Position numbers and translations under genes: made by a program | Notes under the pieces: model-generated | Database searches by the model: none | Told to the model about the DNA's origin: nothing | Seen by the model: the letters and a program-made list of their open reading frames with translations, nothing else | Shown: positions 39,369 to 47,706 of the stretch, one piece after another | How positions within the stretch are numbered: the stretch's first letter is position 1 | Layout of the letters: every line of letters starts with the position of its first letter | Virus record (IMG/VR): IMGVR_UViG_3300016667_000092 | Location: 1-60,820 of that record | Origin: a virus | Taxonomy: Duplodnaviria > Caudoviricetes | DNA length: 60,820 nucleotides | Direction: 5' to 3' (one strand)

Positions 39369-39593
39369 TCACCGAATCTTTTTGATCTCCTTCTCCACGT
39401 CAGCCATCATCTCACCTCTGTAAAACGCTTCAGCCATACGTTGGGTCTTAGCCTCACGCTTCAAAGCCTTACGATCAATAGCAGCCTTTGTAATCGGAGC
39501 CATAGCATCTCCAATCTGCTCATTAATCAACCGACCATTACGAACAGTCAGTCCGCTATATCTCATCGAATTCATTCCATCTAGTATTTTCAT
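39369..39593 (-). CDS. Hypothetical protein
   Basis: 74-aa ORF with TATATTTG promoter at 39609-39616. Confidence 0.6.
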   Translation of the reverse strand: MKILDGMNSMRYSGLTVRNGRLINEQIGDAMAPITKAAIDRKALKREAKTQRMAEAFYRGEMMADVEKEIKKIR

Positions 39594-40079
39594 GTTGTAT
39601 TGTTTTTACAAATATACGAAGTTTAGATATGCGTATTGTTGAGGCTATATATACATTTTGCGACACGGCTCCCGGACCGAAAGTCATTTTTTAAAAAAGG
39701 GGTTGGGGGGTCGATTTCCTTTTCCCCCTGCAAAGTTTTTGGCGTTTTCCCCACAGCCCCCTGAACCGGACCGACAAGGTGAATGAATCAGACCGACCCG
39801 TATGTCCTGCGTCCTGCATCCCCTGTCTGTGCACCCGTTTTTTGTCCCTTGCACCCGTTTTTCTCCCAAAGAGAGACTAAAGCACGAAGAGGGCTACCCC
39901 TCCCCCATAGCTTGACCCTTCAGATGCCTGATGGGGAGCGAATCCTCACAATCTACGCGTTTCTAAGTATAAATACGTGTTTTTAAAAAATAGTTGGGGT
40001 GTGTTGATTGTTTTATCAGAATTGTACATATATTGCACTCGAATTGATTAATTAACTAACAAAACAAACACTACACACT

Positions 40080-40778
40080 ATGACAAACTTACTTGCAATT
40101 GAGGAATCATTCCTTAGCAAATCAGAGGTGAAACAAGCGTTAGACCTTACCAATGTTCGGTCTCTTCAAAGACACCTTCAGAACGGACAGAAAAAGAAAT
40201 TCGAGCAGACCCTTGCATTGAGTGGCATTGTTGCGAAGGGTTATCAGTGGTTCAAAAGTGAGGGAAAAGCAATGTTAGCCGAGCAGGGTCTTGAGTGGAC
40301 GGCAAAGGACTTCGCATCCAAAGTTTACGGGTGGAACAAGAGTTACCTGTTCAAGGTGGTGAAAGCAGGTGAGACTGAAGCGGAAAAGATTGAGACATTC
40401 AAGACCAAGTGTGACGAGATGGAGCGTGAAGGTAAAGAGCCCAACAGGACATTGGAGGGTCTACTCAAGTGGCTAAGTACGTCAGCCACCGAAGGTGGAG
40501 AAGGTGATGGTGAAGGTGGAGAAGGTGAGGAGACCCAAGTTGAGGAGAGACAGAAAGCTATCATGACTTTTGCCTACAAAGTTGATGGGGTGAGCGTATC
40601 CTGTCGAGTGATGTCTAACGGTGAGGTCAAGACCACAAACAGCAGGGAGGAGTTAACAATTGCTATTAAGACCCTGTTAAGATACGTTGAGACCCCACAG
40701 GATGACCCTATGGGAGACTATGAGGACAGATTGGAGTTTGCTATGGATGCTGAAGAGGAGGACGACTACATTGAATAG
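40080..40778 (+). CDS. First early protein, hypothetical
   Basis: 232 aa, A-rich translation start, TATATTGC promoter-like element upstream, Gly/Glu linker. Confidence 0.7.
   Translation: MTNLLAIEESFLSKSEVKQALDLTNVRSLQRHLQNGQKKKFEQTLALSGIVAKGYQWFKSEGKAMLAEQGLEWTAKDFASKVYGWNKSYLFKVVKAGETEAEKIETFKTKCDEMEREGKEPNRTLEGLLKWLSTSATEGGEGDGEGGEGEETQVEERQKAIMTFAYKVDGVSVSCRVMSNGEVKTTNSREELTIAIKTLLRYVETPQDDPMGDYEDRLEFAMDAEEEDDYIE
40160..40175. repeat. 16-bp palindromic motif, 1-mismatch variant (intragenic)
   Basis: GTCTCTTCAAAGACAC. Confidence 0.7.
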
Positions 40779-40793
40779 TCTCTTTGAAGAGAC
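40778..40793. repeat. 16-bp palindromic motif (perfect, intergenic)
   Basis: GTCTCTTTGAAGAGAC. Confidence 0.9.
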
Positions 40794-40796
40794 CAT

Positions 40797-40841
40797 GAGC
40801 AGGGACGGTCTTCAGGTAGGTTCGAGTCCTACCCCTGCTCC
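40797..40841 (+). ncRNA. tRNA-like minihelix (acceptor stem plus T-arm, no D or anticodon arm)
   Basis: GAGCAGGG...GTAGG-TTCGAGT-CCTAC-CCCTGCTC. Confidence 0.6.
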
Positions 40842-40878
40842 TTTCGTATAAATTTTGTATAAAACTAAACACTACACT

Positions 40879-41787
40879 ATGCAAAACGCAACTACAGGCA
40901 TCACCTACCTAAAAACAGGTGACAGGCACAGAGCAATCGTTAACGATTACCACAGGAAGCCGTACCCAAGAGAGATGCAAAAGACGATGTTCAATGTTGA
41001 CATCGCAGGACTCAAGATGGCTGACAGAAGGAATGTTCACCTTGTTGGGGCTGAGTTTGTCTCAAAGTTCACTATCGGTATGGAGGTTGAGAAAAACAGA
41101 CTTAGCAGGGGTGCAGTCAAGGAATATGAGCTGTTCTGTGGGTTTGAGAGAGACTCCTCCTGCGGTTATGAGGCAGTCACTAACATCCTGCCGTTACTAC
41201 CTGCGGGAATGTGGAGGAACAAAGTCTTTGATATGATGTTCAAAGCAAGCAGGATAATTGAAGACCAATACAGCCCGTCCAATGATCGCTGTGGTGGGCA
41301 CATATCAATCGGGGTTCGTGGGATGACCGGTGACACGATTATGGGAGTGATTCGACCCTTCTGTGGCATCCTGTATGCTATCTTTCATAAGAGACTGAAT
41401 ACACATTTCTGTGAGCACAATCCGCGGATGTTGCACAGAAACGATGCTGACTTCTACAACTATCCCACACACAGCAAGTACAATGTAGCACAGCCGAAGA
41501 CGGAATGTCTTGAGTTCAGACTCCCTTCACGTTTCCAATCTGTAAAGCAGATGATGAGAAGATACGAGTTGATGTACGAGATTACCAACTTTGCTTTCAA
41601 CACCCCAAGAGGTTCACATAAGATGCTCCTCAAGAAGGTGAAACCAATCCTGATGTCAATGTATGACGGCAATGAAGAGAAGGTGAACGAGCGTATCAAG
41701 ATGGCTGAGGACTTCAGGGAGTACATTCTGAACGGAACAATCACAGACCTAATCAGACCCTATGTACGAGACAGATATAGAAGATAA
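40879..41787 (+). CDS. Amidoligase (COOH-NH2 ligase, Amidoligase_2-like)
   Basis: IGMEVE, ERDSS..YEAVT, CGGHI, KY, LEFRLP motifs. Confidence 0.75.
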   Translation: MQNATTGITYLKTGDRHRAIVNDYHRKPYPREMQKTMFNVDIAGLKMADRRNVHLVGAEFVSKFTIGMEVEKNRLSRGAVKEYELFCGFERDSSCGYEAVTNILPLLPAGMWRNKVFDMMFKASRIIEDQYSPSNDRCGGHISIGVRGMTGDTIMGVIRPFCGILYAIFHKRLNTHFCEHNPRMLHRNDADFYNYPTHSKYNVAQPKTECLEFRLPSRFQSVKQMMRRYELMYEITNFAFNTPRGSHKMLLKKVKPILMSMYDGNEEKVNERIKMAEDFREYILNGTITDLIRPYVRDRYRR

Positions 41788-41809
41788 TTGGTAGTGTAGT
41801 GACTCCAAT

Positions 41810-41840
41810 GGAGGTGAGTCTCCTCAAAGAGACTCCCTCC
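41810..41840 (+). repeat. Hairpin containing the 16-bp palindrome variant (41818-41833)
   Basis: GGAGGTGAGTCTCCTCAAAGAGACTCCCTCC; near-identical to the minus-strand hairpin at 17563-17597. Confidence 0.8.
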
Positions 41841-41893
41841 TTCTGTAGAGTGGTGAGTGCCACTCCTGATGAGTCCAAAAGGACGAAACAGAA
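41841..41893 (+). ncRNA. Type III hammerhead ribozyme
   Basis: TTCTG-TA | GAGTGG-tgagtg-CCACTC | CTGATGA | GTCC-aaaa-GGAC | GAAA | CAGAA; all core nucleotides and three stems present; predicted GUA cleavage after 41847. Confidence 0.92.
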
Positions 41894-41912
41894 ACACTAA
41901 AAAACTATAGCT

Positions 41913-42128
41913 ATGAAAGTAATGTATTCAAAGTATGTCAACTCCTGTGCAGACTCAGGCAAGTTGATTATGAGAGGCGACAAAATCTACTATGACTTCA
42001 GGACTAAGAAAGCCTATCACCCTGACTCTGACTTCGTGAGAATCTACGAACAGGAAAGAGAACGTCAGGCGGTGATGTCCTACATTGATGAGCAAGAGAT
42101 GTTGATGTATGAAAGAGGCTATCATTAA
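41913..42128 (+). CDS. Small early protein
   Basis: MYSKY...CADSGK.I.RGD.I.YD; A-rich start. Confidence 0.65.
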   Translation: MKVMYSKYVNSCADSGKLIMRGDKIYYDFRTKKAYHPDSDFVRIYEQERERQAVMSYIDEQEMLMYERGYH

Positions 42129-42133
42129 GGCTG

Positions 42134-42180
42134 TATGGCTGAGGTGCACAGCCTGTCGAAGGCTGTTCACTCAGACCATA
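42134..42180 (+). ncRNA. Long imperfect hairpin (possible RNase III site)
   Basis: Nested pairing TATGG/CCATA, CTGA/TCAG, GTG/CAC, ACAGCCT/AGGCTGT. Confidence 0.45.
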
Positions 42181-42236
42181 GTCAAGACCAAGAAAAGCAA
42201 ACCTATCTGTCCACATTGTAATAAAATTAACCCACA

Positions 42237-42422
42237 ATGAAAGTCTATACTATCGCAATGGTTCGGGTCTACAAGACCTACCTTCAGTACGAAGCTAACA
42301 CACAGGAAGAGGCATTGGAAATGTTTAACAAGGATACGGACAAGTATGCAGTAGAACTTGAGCAATGCAACGCATATGAAATATCAGTAACAATAGTAGA
42401 CGAAGATGATTCACGAATTTAA
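42237..42422 (+). CDS. Small early protein
   Basis: YEANTQEEALE motif; operon context. Confidence 0.6.
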   Translation: MKVYTIAMVRVYKTYLQYEANTQEEALEMFNKDTDKYAVELEQCNAYEISVTIVDEDDSRI

Positions 42423-42618
42423 AACACCAATCGCGGTTAAGACTCCTCATGGGAATGGCGATGCAATCCTGTTCATTGACTATGGTCTCAATGTCAACAG
42501 CGTGTGGGTCGTTAGACTTCAAGGAGGACAGGTCAAACACTATTATTCAGATGACATCCTAATCTATGGCAACCCAATGGATGGTCGTGGATGGGATATT
42601 AAAAATGAAACACTATGA
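42406..42618 (+). CDS. Small early protein
   Basis: PIAVKTPHG.G.AI.FIDYG....VWVV. Confidence 0.65.
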   Translation: MIHEFKTPIAVKTPHGNGDAILFIDYGLNVNSVWVVRLQGGQVKHYYSDDILIYGNPMDGRGWDIKNETL

Positions 42619-42869
42619 AAGACGCAAAACTATTGGAGCAATTGGGATACCAAGACATGGAGTCCCTGTTCGAGGACATCTTAGGCAAGAGAAAGGTAGG
42701 CGAGTTGATTGAGGCGAGGCAACTATACTCAAAGCTTAGCGGTCAACAGAGAGTAGCTTTCTATCAGTACGTGGAGGAGAGTTACTTCTACTCTGTGATT
42801 GAGGATGAGCATGAGTTTCCTCTTGAATATCGCAACCTGCTGTTAGACTTCGTTGACATAACAGACTAA
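42615..42869 (+). CDS. Hypothetical protein
   Basis: ATGA-coupled ORF. Confidence 0.6.
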   Translation: MKDAKLLEQLGYQDMESLFEDILGKRKVGELIEARQLYSKLSGQQRVAFYQYVEESYFYSVIEDEHEFPLEYRNLLLDFVDITD

Positions 42870-42876
42870 AAATAAA

Positions 42877-42908
42877 TTTGGCAGTGTGCAATTTTTGTAT
42901 TATCTTTG
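42877..42908 (+). promoter_or_regulatory. Bacteroidota sigma-70 promoter
   Basis: TTTG-N20-TATCTTTG, consensus -33/-7. Confidence 0.8.
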
Positions 42909-42926
42909 TATAAATAACCTACAATT

Positions 42927-43115
42927 ATGGAAAACAATCTACCACTTAACGAGTCCGAACGCAATGAGATATTGCAGGACATCATTGACCGTATGCTCTA
43001 CCTGAAAGGTGACGAGCGTAATCGTTTCCTCTTTTACCTTGATGCACTAAGAGATGTATTCAAAGTCAACGTACAAATCGTGGACGGAGTACGTGTGTAC
43101 AAGGTATCCAAGTAA
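42927..43115 (+). CDS. Hypothetical protein
   Basis: ORF directly after promoter. Confidence 0.6.
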   Translation: MENNLPLNESERNEILQDIIDRMLYLKGDERNRFLFYLDALRDVFKVNVQIVDGVRVYKVSK

Positions 43116-43136
43116 TCAATCTTTAATCAGGACTCT

Positions 43137-43152
43137 GTCTCTTTGAAGAGAC
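43137..43152. repeat. 16-bp palindromic motif (perfect, intergenic)
   Basis: GTCTCTTTGAAGAGAC within a GGAC...GTCC extended hairpin. Confidence 0.9.
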
Positions 43153-43173
43153 TGTCCGCAAATCAAATCAACT

Positions 43174-44262
43174 ATGTGTGTAATCATTATCAAGCAGAAG
43201 AACAGAACCCTATCCCCTGAGATTGCCAAGACATCAGGACGGATGAATCCCCATGGACTCGGCATCATTTGGTTAGACACCTTTGAGGTGACCTACCACA
43301 AGTCAAGCGAATACAGGAAGCTACTCACAGACAGACCCTACATTGCCCACTTCAGATACGCGACCGTCGGTGCTATCGGCAGAAGCAACACACACCCATT
43401 CCAATGCGGGTCAAGCAAGCACGAGTACCTGATGATGAACGGAACAATCAAAGGTCTCGGCAATGCCAAAGACTGCGACAGCAAAGTACTTGCCTGTCAA
43501 TTGGGAGACAAACCAAGACACACGTGGAAGGCTGAACTGTCAAGTCATCCTTGTCGGTTCGTGACTATCAATGTCCGCAACAAAACCTATCAGATATACA
43601 ATCAAGAACTGTGGACTAAGCACGACGGCATATGGTTCAGTAAGGACGAGGTGATTGAGGATAACTTGGTAGCTGTGTATGGCACACTTCGCAAGGGACA
43701 TGGCAACTACAACTATTACCTGACCGACTCAAAGCATATCGGCAAGGGATATACCAAAGAAAAGTACCCACTAATCATTGATGGTCTACCCTATCTGATT
43801 GAGAAGAGTGGACAAGGTCACAACGTGGAGGTGGATGTGTTCAAAGTAAGCAACAGCGTGATGAGGCAGCTCGATGTATTGGAGGGTCATCCCAATTGGT
43901 ACAAAAGAAAGAGAGTACCCATCAAGGTAGGTGGTAAGGAGTTGATGTGTTGGATATACTTCAACAATACAGTAGACTACAAGGGCAAAGAGATGCACGT
44001 GAGATACGAGAAGCCTAAGCCTGTGACTGTACCCAAGAACAGACTGTCCTATGATATGCCAATCACGAAGCGACCTGCCCAACGTACATTCTACTTTGAG
44101 GATATGGTAGAGGATTTCAATAATGAGTTTGCGGTGGAGAGTGAGAAGCCTGTGTGCAGGTACTGCTATCAAGATCTTGAGCACGACTACTTCAACAACT
44201 ATCATTGCAACGGATGCGACTCTTGGTTCAGCGACCATGAGATTAACAGACGAGTATACTAA
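43174..44262 (+). CDS. Class II glutamine amidotransferase fused to gamma-glutamylcyclotransferase (AIG2-like) and C-terminal Zn ribbon
   Basis: N-terminal MC, NPHGLG, HFRYATVG, NTHPF, NGTI; VAVYGTLRKG, LDVLEGHP.WY; CxxC...CxxC. Confidence 0.85.
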   Translation: MCVIIIKQKNRTLSPEIAKTSGRMNPHGLGIIWLDTFEVTYHKSSEYRKLLTDRPYIAHFRYATVGAIGRSNTHPFQCGSSKHEYLMMNGTIKGLGNAKDCDSKVLACQLGDKPRHTWKAELSSHPCRFVTINVRNKTYQIYNQELWTKHDGIWFSKDEVIEDNLVAVYGTLRKGHGNYNYYLTDSKHIGKGYTKEKYPLIIDGLPYLIEKSGQGHNVEVDVFKVSNSVMRQLDVLEGHPNWYKRKRVPIKVGGKELMCWIYFNNTVDYKGKEMHVRYEKPKPVTVPKNRLSYDMPITKRPAQRTFYFEDMVEDFNNEFAVESEKPVCRYCYQDLEHDYFNNYHCNGCDSWFSDHEINRRVY

Positions 44263-44283
44263 CCATTACTATAAACAGGAGGG

Positions 44284-44299
44284 GTCTCTTCAAAGAGAC
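44284..44299. repeat. 16-bp palindromic motif (perfect, intergenic hairpin)
   Basis: GGAGGG-GTCTCTTCAAAGAGAC-TCCCTCC. Confidence 0.9.
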
Positions 44300-44321
44300 T
44301 CCCTCCACAAATTAAATCAAC

Positions 44322-44471
44322 ATGACAATCCAAAATCTAATCGAACAAATCCAAGACAACGCAGAGTTTCTTATGACTACAGATGGTGATGACATTGACT
44401 GCATCAGCCTAGAAAACTTAGAAGGAATCCTGTCAACCTATTTAAATCAAACTGTAAAATTAGCACGATGA
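44322..44471 (+). CDS. Small acidic protein (49 aa)
   Basis: MTIQNLIEQIQDNAEFLMTTDGDDIDCISLENL...; ATGA overlap with next gene. Confidence 0.6.
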   Translation: MTIQNLIEQIQDNAEFLMTTDGDDIDCISLENLEGILSTYLNQTVKLAR

Positions 44472-44938
44472 CAATTAAGAAAGGAACACACGCGCCATGT
44501 AGACTACCAAGACTACTTATTGGAACAAGTTCACTTGTAATGAGCGTCAGCTTTGATAAGTCTTGCATATACGACATTGGCTCTGAGCAAGGAGATGTCA
44601 ATAAATTATTTGGCATAGGGTACTTCCCGCATCATAGATTCAAAAGCGTAAGAGTAGGGTGGAATTATAATCTACAAACTAAGCTTATAGACTTATTCTC
44701 GTATTGGTATGCAGAAAACAATCTTACATTTAATTATCTTGAAAGTACTGAGCTTTATAAGAATAACATTATTTCAATTGATATAGAGAAAGATAAGCAC
44801 ACCATCCATACTCCTTCTGTTATCCAAGAAATATATCTGCCAAGTAATGGCAATGGATATTTACTTAGAGAGTATTTTGGAGGACAGACTAAAGCTCCGC
44901 ATGACATAAGTATTAATTCACATTTAGTAATAATTTAA
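44468..44938 (+). CDS. Hypothetical beta-rich protein (AT-rich)
   Basis: DVNKLFGIG, SVRVGW, YFGG..KAPHD. Confidence 0.6.
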   Translation: MTIKKGTHAPCRLPRLLIGTSSLVMSVSFDKSCIYDIGSEQGDVNKLFGIGYFPHHRFKSVRVGWNYNLQTKLIDLFSYWYAENNLTFNYLESTELYKNNIISIDIEKDKHTIHTPSVIQEIYLPSNGNGYLLREYFGGQTKAPHDISINSHLVII

Positions 44939-44940
44939 TT

Positions 44941-45342
44941 ATGACAATCAAAGTAAAGCAAGAGATTACAATCACAAGGAAAATCCTTGAGGATATATTT
45001 GTGACAGCTATCGAAGGGGGTAGTAACTATTGGTACTTCTTTAATGATGCAGCCTGCGATAAGGTGCGAGATGCAATTCCTGAACACGTAGACCCATGCT
45101 TTTCAACGGCAGTACTTCGCGCAGTATTAGACAAGAGAGTAGCGATAGATGTGTCTGATGTAGAGACAGATGAAGTCATTGGTTCGTTAGATGTCAACCT
45201 GTTTAAGCGTAGACTTCAAGATCTATTTAATGATGAGTCATGCAGACAAGCGTTACTCAACATGATAAACGAAGAGGGTGACGCATCAGATGCAGACATC
45301 GTGTTTCAGTACCTGATTATGGGAGAGGTAGTATACGGATAA
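44941..45342 (+). CDS. Conserved hypothetical protein
   Basis: TAIEGGSNYW ... DASDAD..FQY.IMGEVVYG. Confidence 0.7.
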   Translation: MTIKVKQEITITRKILEDIFVTAIEGGSNYWYFFNDAACDKVRDAIPEHVDPCFSTAVLRAVLDKRVAIDVSDVETDEVIGSLDVNLFKRRLQDLFNDESCRQALLNMINEEGDASDADIVFQYLIMGEVVYG

Positions 45343-45356
45343 TTAAAACTAAAGCT

Positions 45357-45533
45357 ATGAACATCACCTGTAAAGTATGCAAAAAGATAAAGCCGGAGAA
45401 GGACTTCAGACATAAACACTTCGCACCTACCATGTGCATCCAATGCCATAAGGAAAGACGAAGCGAAAAGTACCGTAAGAATCCGAGACAGAACTCTACT
45501 AAATGGATGGATATTATAATTGGTAAATCATAA
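45357..45533 (+). CDS. Small Zn-finger protein (58 aa)
   Basis: CKVCKKIKPEKDF...CIQC. Confidence 0.6.
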   Translation: MNITCKVCKKIKPEKDFRHKHFAPTMCIQCHKERRSEKYRKNPRQNSTKWMDIIIGKS

Positions 45534-45543
45534 ATCAACTACA

Positions 45544-45807
45544 ATGAAAAGACAGACATCAATGGAATGGTTAGAGCAGGAACTACAGAACGTATACCAA
45601 AAAGAATGGAAGTTACCAATAGGATACACACTACACCTGTTGGGTCAGGCTAAGAAGATGAACGAAGAGGAAATCAAGGAGGCATACAATGATGGACACG
45701 AGGATGCCGACATAAAGAGTGGAGTATACGATGGCTTTGATATCAGACTCTCAACTCTTGCGAGTGAATACTATGAAAAGAAATTTAAAAACGAACAGCA
45801 TGGTTAA
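45544..45807 (+). CDS. Hypothetical protein (paralog of 52405..52623)
   Basis: QTSMEWL...QAKKM.EE.I.EAY...EYY. Confidence 0.65.
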   Translation: MKRQTSMEWLEQELQNVYQKEWKLPIGYTLHLLGQAKKMNEEEIKEAYNDGHEDADIKSGVYDGFDIRLSTLASEYYEKKFKNEQHG

Positions 45808-46003
45808 ACTTATCGTAATCTATTGGGCATTGACAACTATGTACGGGGTGTATTGGTTACTCAAGAACCCTTCATCAGGTGATGACCCTGATTATTTTTC
45901 AATAGCAGATTGCTTGGGATATATATTCCCGTCCGCAACTCTTGCTTGGTTCCTCGTCCCTTTAATGTTATTATCATCAATAAAAATCAAACGTCAGTTA
46001 TGA
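45800..46003 (+). CDS. Small membrane protein
   Basis: Two hydrophobic segments. Confidence 0.55.
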   Translation: MVKLIVIYWALTTMYGVYWLLKNPSSGDDPDYFSIADCLGYIFPSATLAWFLVPLMLLSSIKIKRQL

Positions 46004-46293
46004 AAGACACAATCTTAGAATCAGTGCTTGAGAAGTACAAGCAACGCTCTGAAGCAGGGCAACAGAAGTACAACACAACCTTAGACAGGGAAGACCTGTT
46101 CGTAGTTGAATGGCTTACTCACCTGCAAGAAGAACTCATGGATGCAACCCTGTACATAGAGAAGCTCAGAAGAATCGCAATGAACGGTGAAGCAATGATG
46201 ATATCCAATGAAGCATACAGGAACGCACAGAAGATAGTGATAGATGGGTTTGTATTCGTAAAATATAATGACCTGAATCCATTGCCATTCTAA
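46000..46293 (+). CDS. MazG-like nucleotide pyrophosphohydrolase-fold protein
   Basis: RS..G..KYNTTLDR.D....WL.HLQEELMDA.LY. Confidence 0.6.
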   Translation: MKDTILESVLEKYKQRSEAGQQKYNTTLDREDLFVVEWLTHLQEELMDATLYIEKLRRIAMNGEAMMISNEAYRNAQKIVIDGFVFVKYNDLNPLPF

Positions 46294-46303
46294 TTATTTG
46301 TAC

Positions 46304-46311
46304 TATCTTTG
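46304..46311 (+). promoter_or_regulatory. Bacteroidota -7 element
   Basis: TATCTTTG upstream of 46351. Confidence 0.6.
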
Positions 46312-46350
46312 TACAGAATTTAATTAAATAACTATCTAAATCTAAATCAA

Positions 46351-46707
46351 ATGTTCAACATCCAAGAAGCAATCAGCACCGAGCTGTTCAAACCAAAGCC
46401 CGACACACTTCATCTTAGAGTCATCGAGCAATTGAAAGAGTCAGGTATCTTGACGCTTAAACAATTCTCAAGCACAGGTCGATTCGTTGGAGCAGATACA
46501 TTTACGAAAGAGAACCCTGATGTGTCACTACATAGTAGTTGCACAGACGTAGTGTATTACGTAGGAGGATTCTATGTGCAAGCACTTAAGGATAACACAT
46601 TCTTTGCTGACTTATGCGGGCACAAGATTGTAAACAAATCACTTGATGAGATTGAAGTAATCATTTGGGATATATTCTTAGACAACTTTTTTAATAACCA
46701 AAAATAA
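46351..46707 (+). CDS. Hypothetical protein
   Basis: 118-aa ORF. Confidence 0.6.
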   Translation: MFNIQEAISTELFKPKPDTLHLRVIEQLKESGILTLKQFSSTGRFVGADTFTKENPDVSLHSSCTDVVYYVGGFYVQALKDNTFFADLCGHKIVNKSLDEIEVIIWDIFLDNFFNNQK

Positions 46708-46774
46708 ATATCAAGATTGTTGAGGAGATATGCACACAATAAATTATCTTCGTCGACTCTCTCAAATTAAATCT

Positions 46775-47062
46775 ATGAAGCACGAAGTATTCAATAGTTA
46801 CGTAGATAAAATTACACAGCTATTCTCAATAGACAAGCAGACACTCTTCAGCAAGACCAAGAAGAGAGAGGTGGTAGATGCAAGACATATCCTTTACTAT
46901 GTATGTTCAGTAAGACCAATGCGTATCAGCTACATTCAGCGATACCTTGAGGCGAATGGGTACTCTGTGCAACACACATCAATCCTTCATGGGATCAGAA
47001 CAATCAAGAAAAAAATTACTGAAGACCCTGACTATGTAAGTATCATTAGAAAATTAAATTAA
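46775..47062 (+). CDS. DnaA C-terminal (domain IV)-like HTH protein
   Basis: SKTKKREVVDARHILYY...HTSILHGIRTI. Confidence 0.7.
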   Translation: MKHEVFNSYVDKITQLFSIDKQTLFSKTKKREVVDARHILYYVCSVRPMRISYIQRYLEANGYSVQHTSILHGIRTIKKKITEDPDYVSIIRKLN

Positions 47063-47075
47063 TAAATCAACAACC

Positions 47076-47705
47076 ATGGCAACAGAAAAAAAGCAGACAA
47101 CATTTGAGAAGCTTAGTGCTATCAATGTTAACGACCACGTAGAAAAGAAAGACGGACTCACGTATCTGTCTTGGGCTTGGGCTTGGTCAGCCGTAAAGAA
47201 AGCCTGTCCCGATGCAACCTATGAGCTACTGCCTACAGACTATGATGATGACTTAGGTTTCATGTGCCACACCAAAGTAACAATCGCAGGCGAGACACTT
47301 GAGATGTGGTTACCTGTGATGGATGGCAAGAACAAGAGCATGAAGAGAAAGTCTTACACCTATGCCACTAAGTACGGAGAGAAGACAGTAGAGGCAGCAA
47401 CCACATTCGATATCAATAAGACTTTGATGCGTTGCTTAGTAAAGAACCTTGCGATGTTTGGATTAGGTCTATACATCTATGCAGGTGAGGACTTACCTGA
47501 GACTACAGTTGAGGTAGCTGAAGTACCAACTAAGAAGTCTGCTCTCATTGAACTTGAGAAGGGGACTGAGGATTGGGCTAAGGTAGTTAAGTACGTTAGT
47601 GCTAATAAGGATGCAGGGATACAGAAGATTGGTCAGCAGTTGACACGCAAGTATTCTATCAGCCCCGAACTCAAACAAGAAATCGCTAACCTATTAAACG
47701 ACTAA
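47076..47705 (+). CDS. Sak/Rad52-like single-strand annealing protein (DUF1071)
   Basis: VEKKDGLTYLSWAWAW, LPVMD..NK, RCLVKNLAMFGLGLYIYAGEDLP. Confidence 0.85.
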   Translation: MATEKKQTTFEKLSAINVNDHVEKKDGLTYLSWAWAWSAVKKACPDATYELLPTDYDDDLGFMCHTKVTIAGETLEMWLPVMDGKNKSMKRKSYTYATKYGEKTVEAATTFDINKTLMRCLVKNLAMFGLGLYIYAGEDLPETTVEVAEVPTKKSALIELEKGTEDWAKVVKYVSANKDAGIQKIGQQLTRKYSISPELKQEIANLLND

Positions 47706-47706
47706 G

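Noticed and set aside
40797-40841. Functional tRNA gene or attP
   Set aside because: No D or anticodon arm and no integrase recognised; kept only as a tRNA-like element
40778-44299. Palindrome copies as a CRISPR array
   Set aside because: Copies are 1-2 kb apart with genes between them; no regular spacers or cas genes
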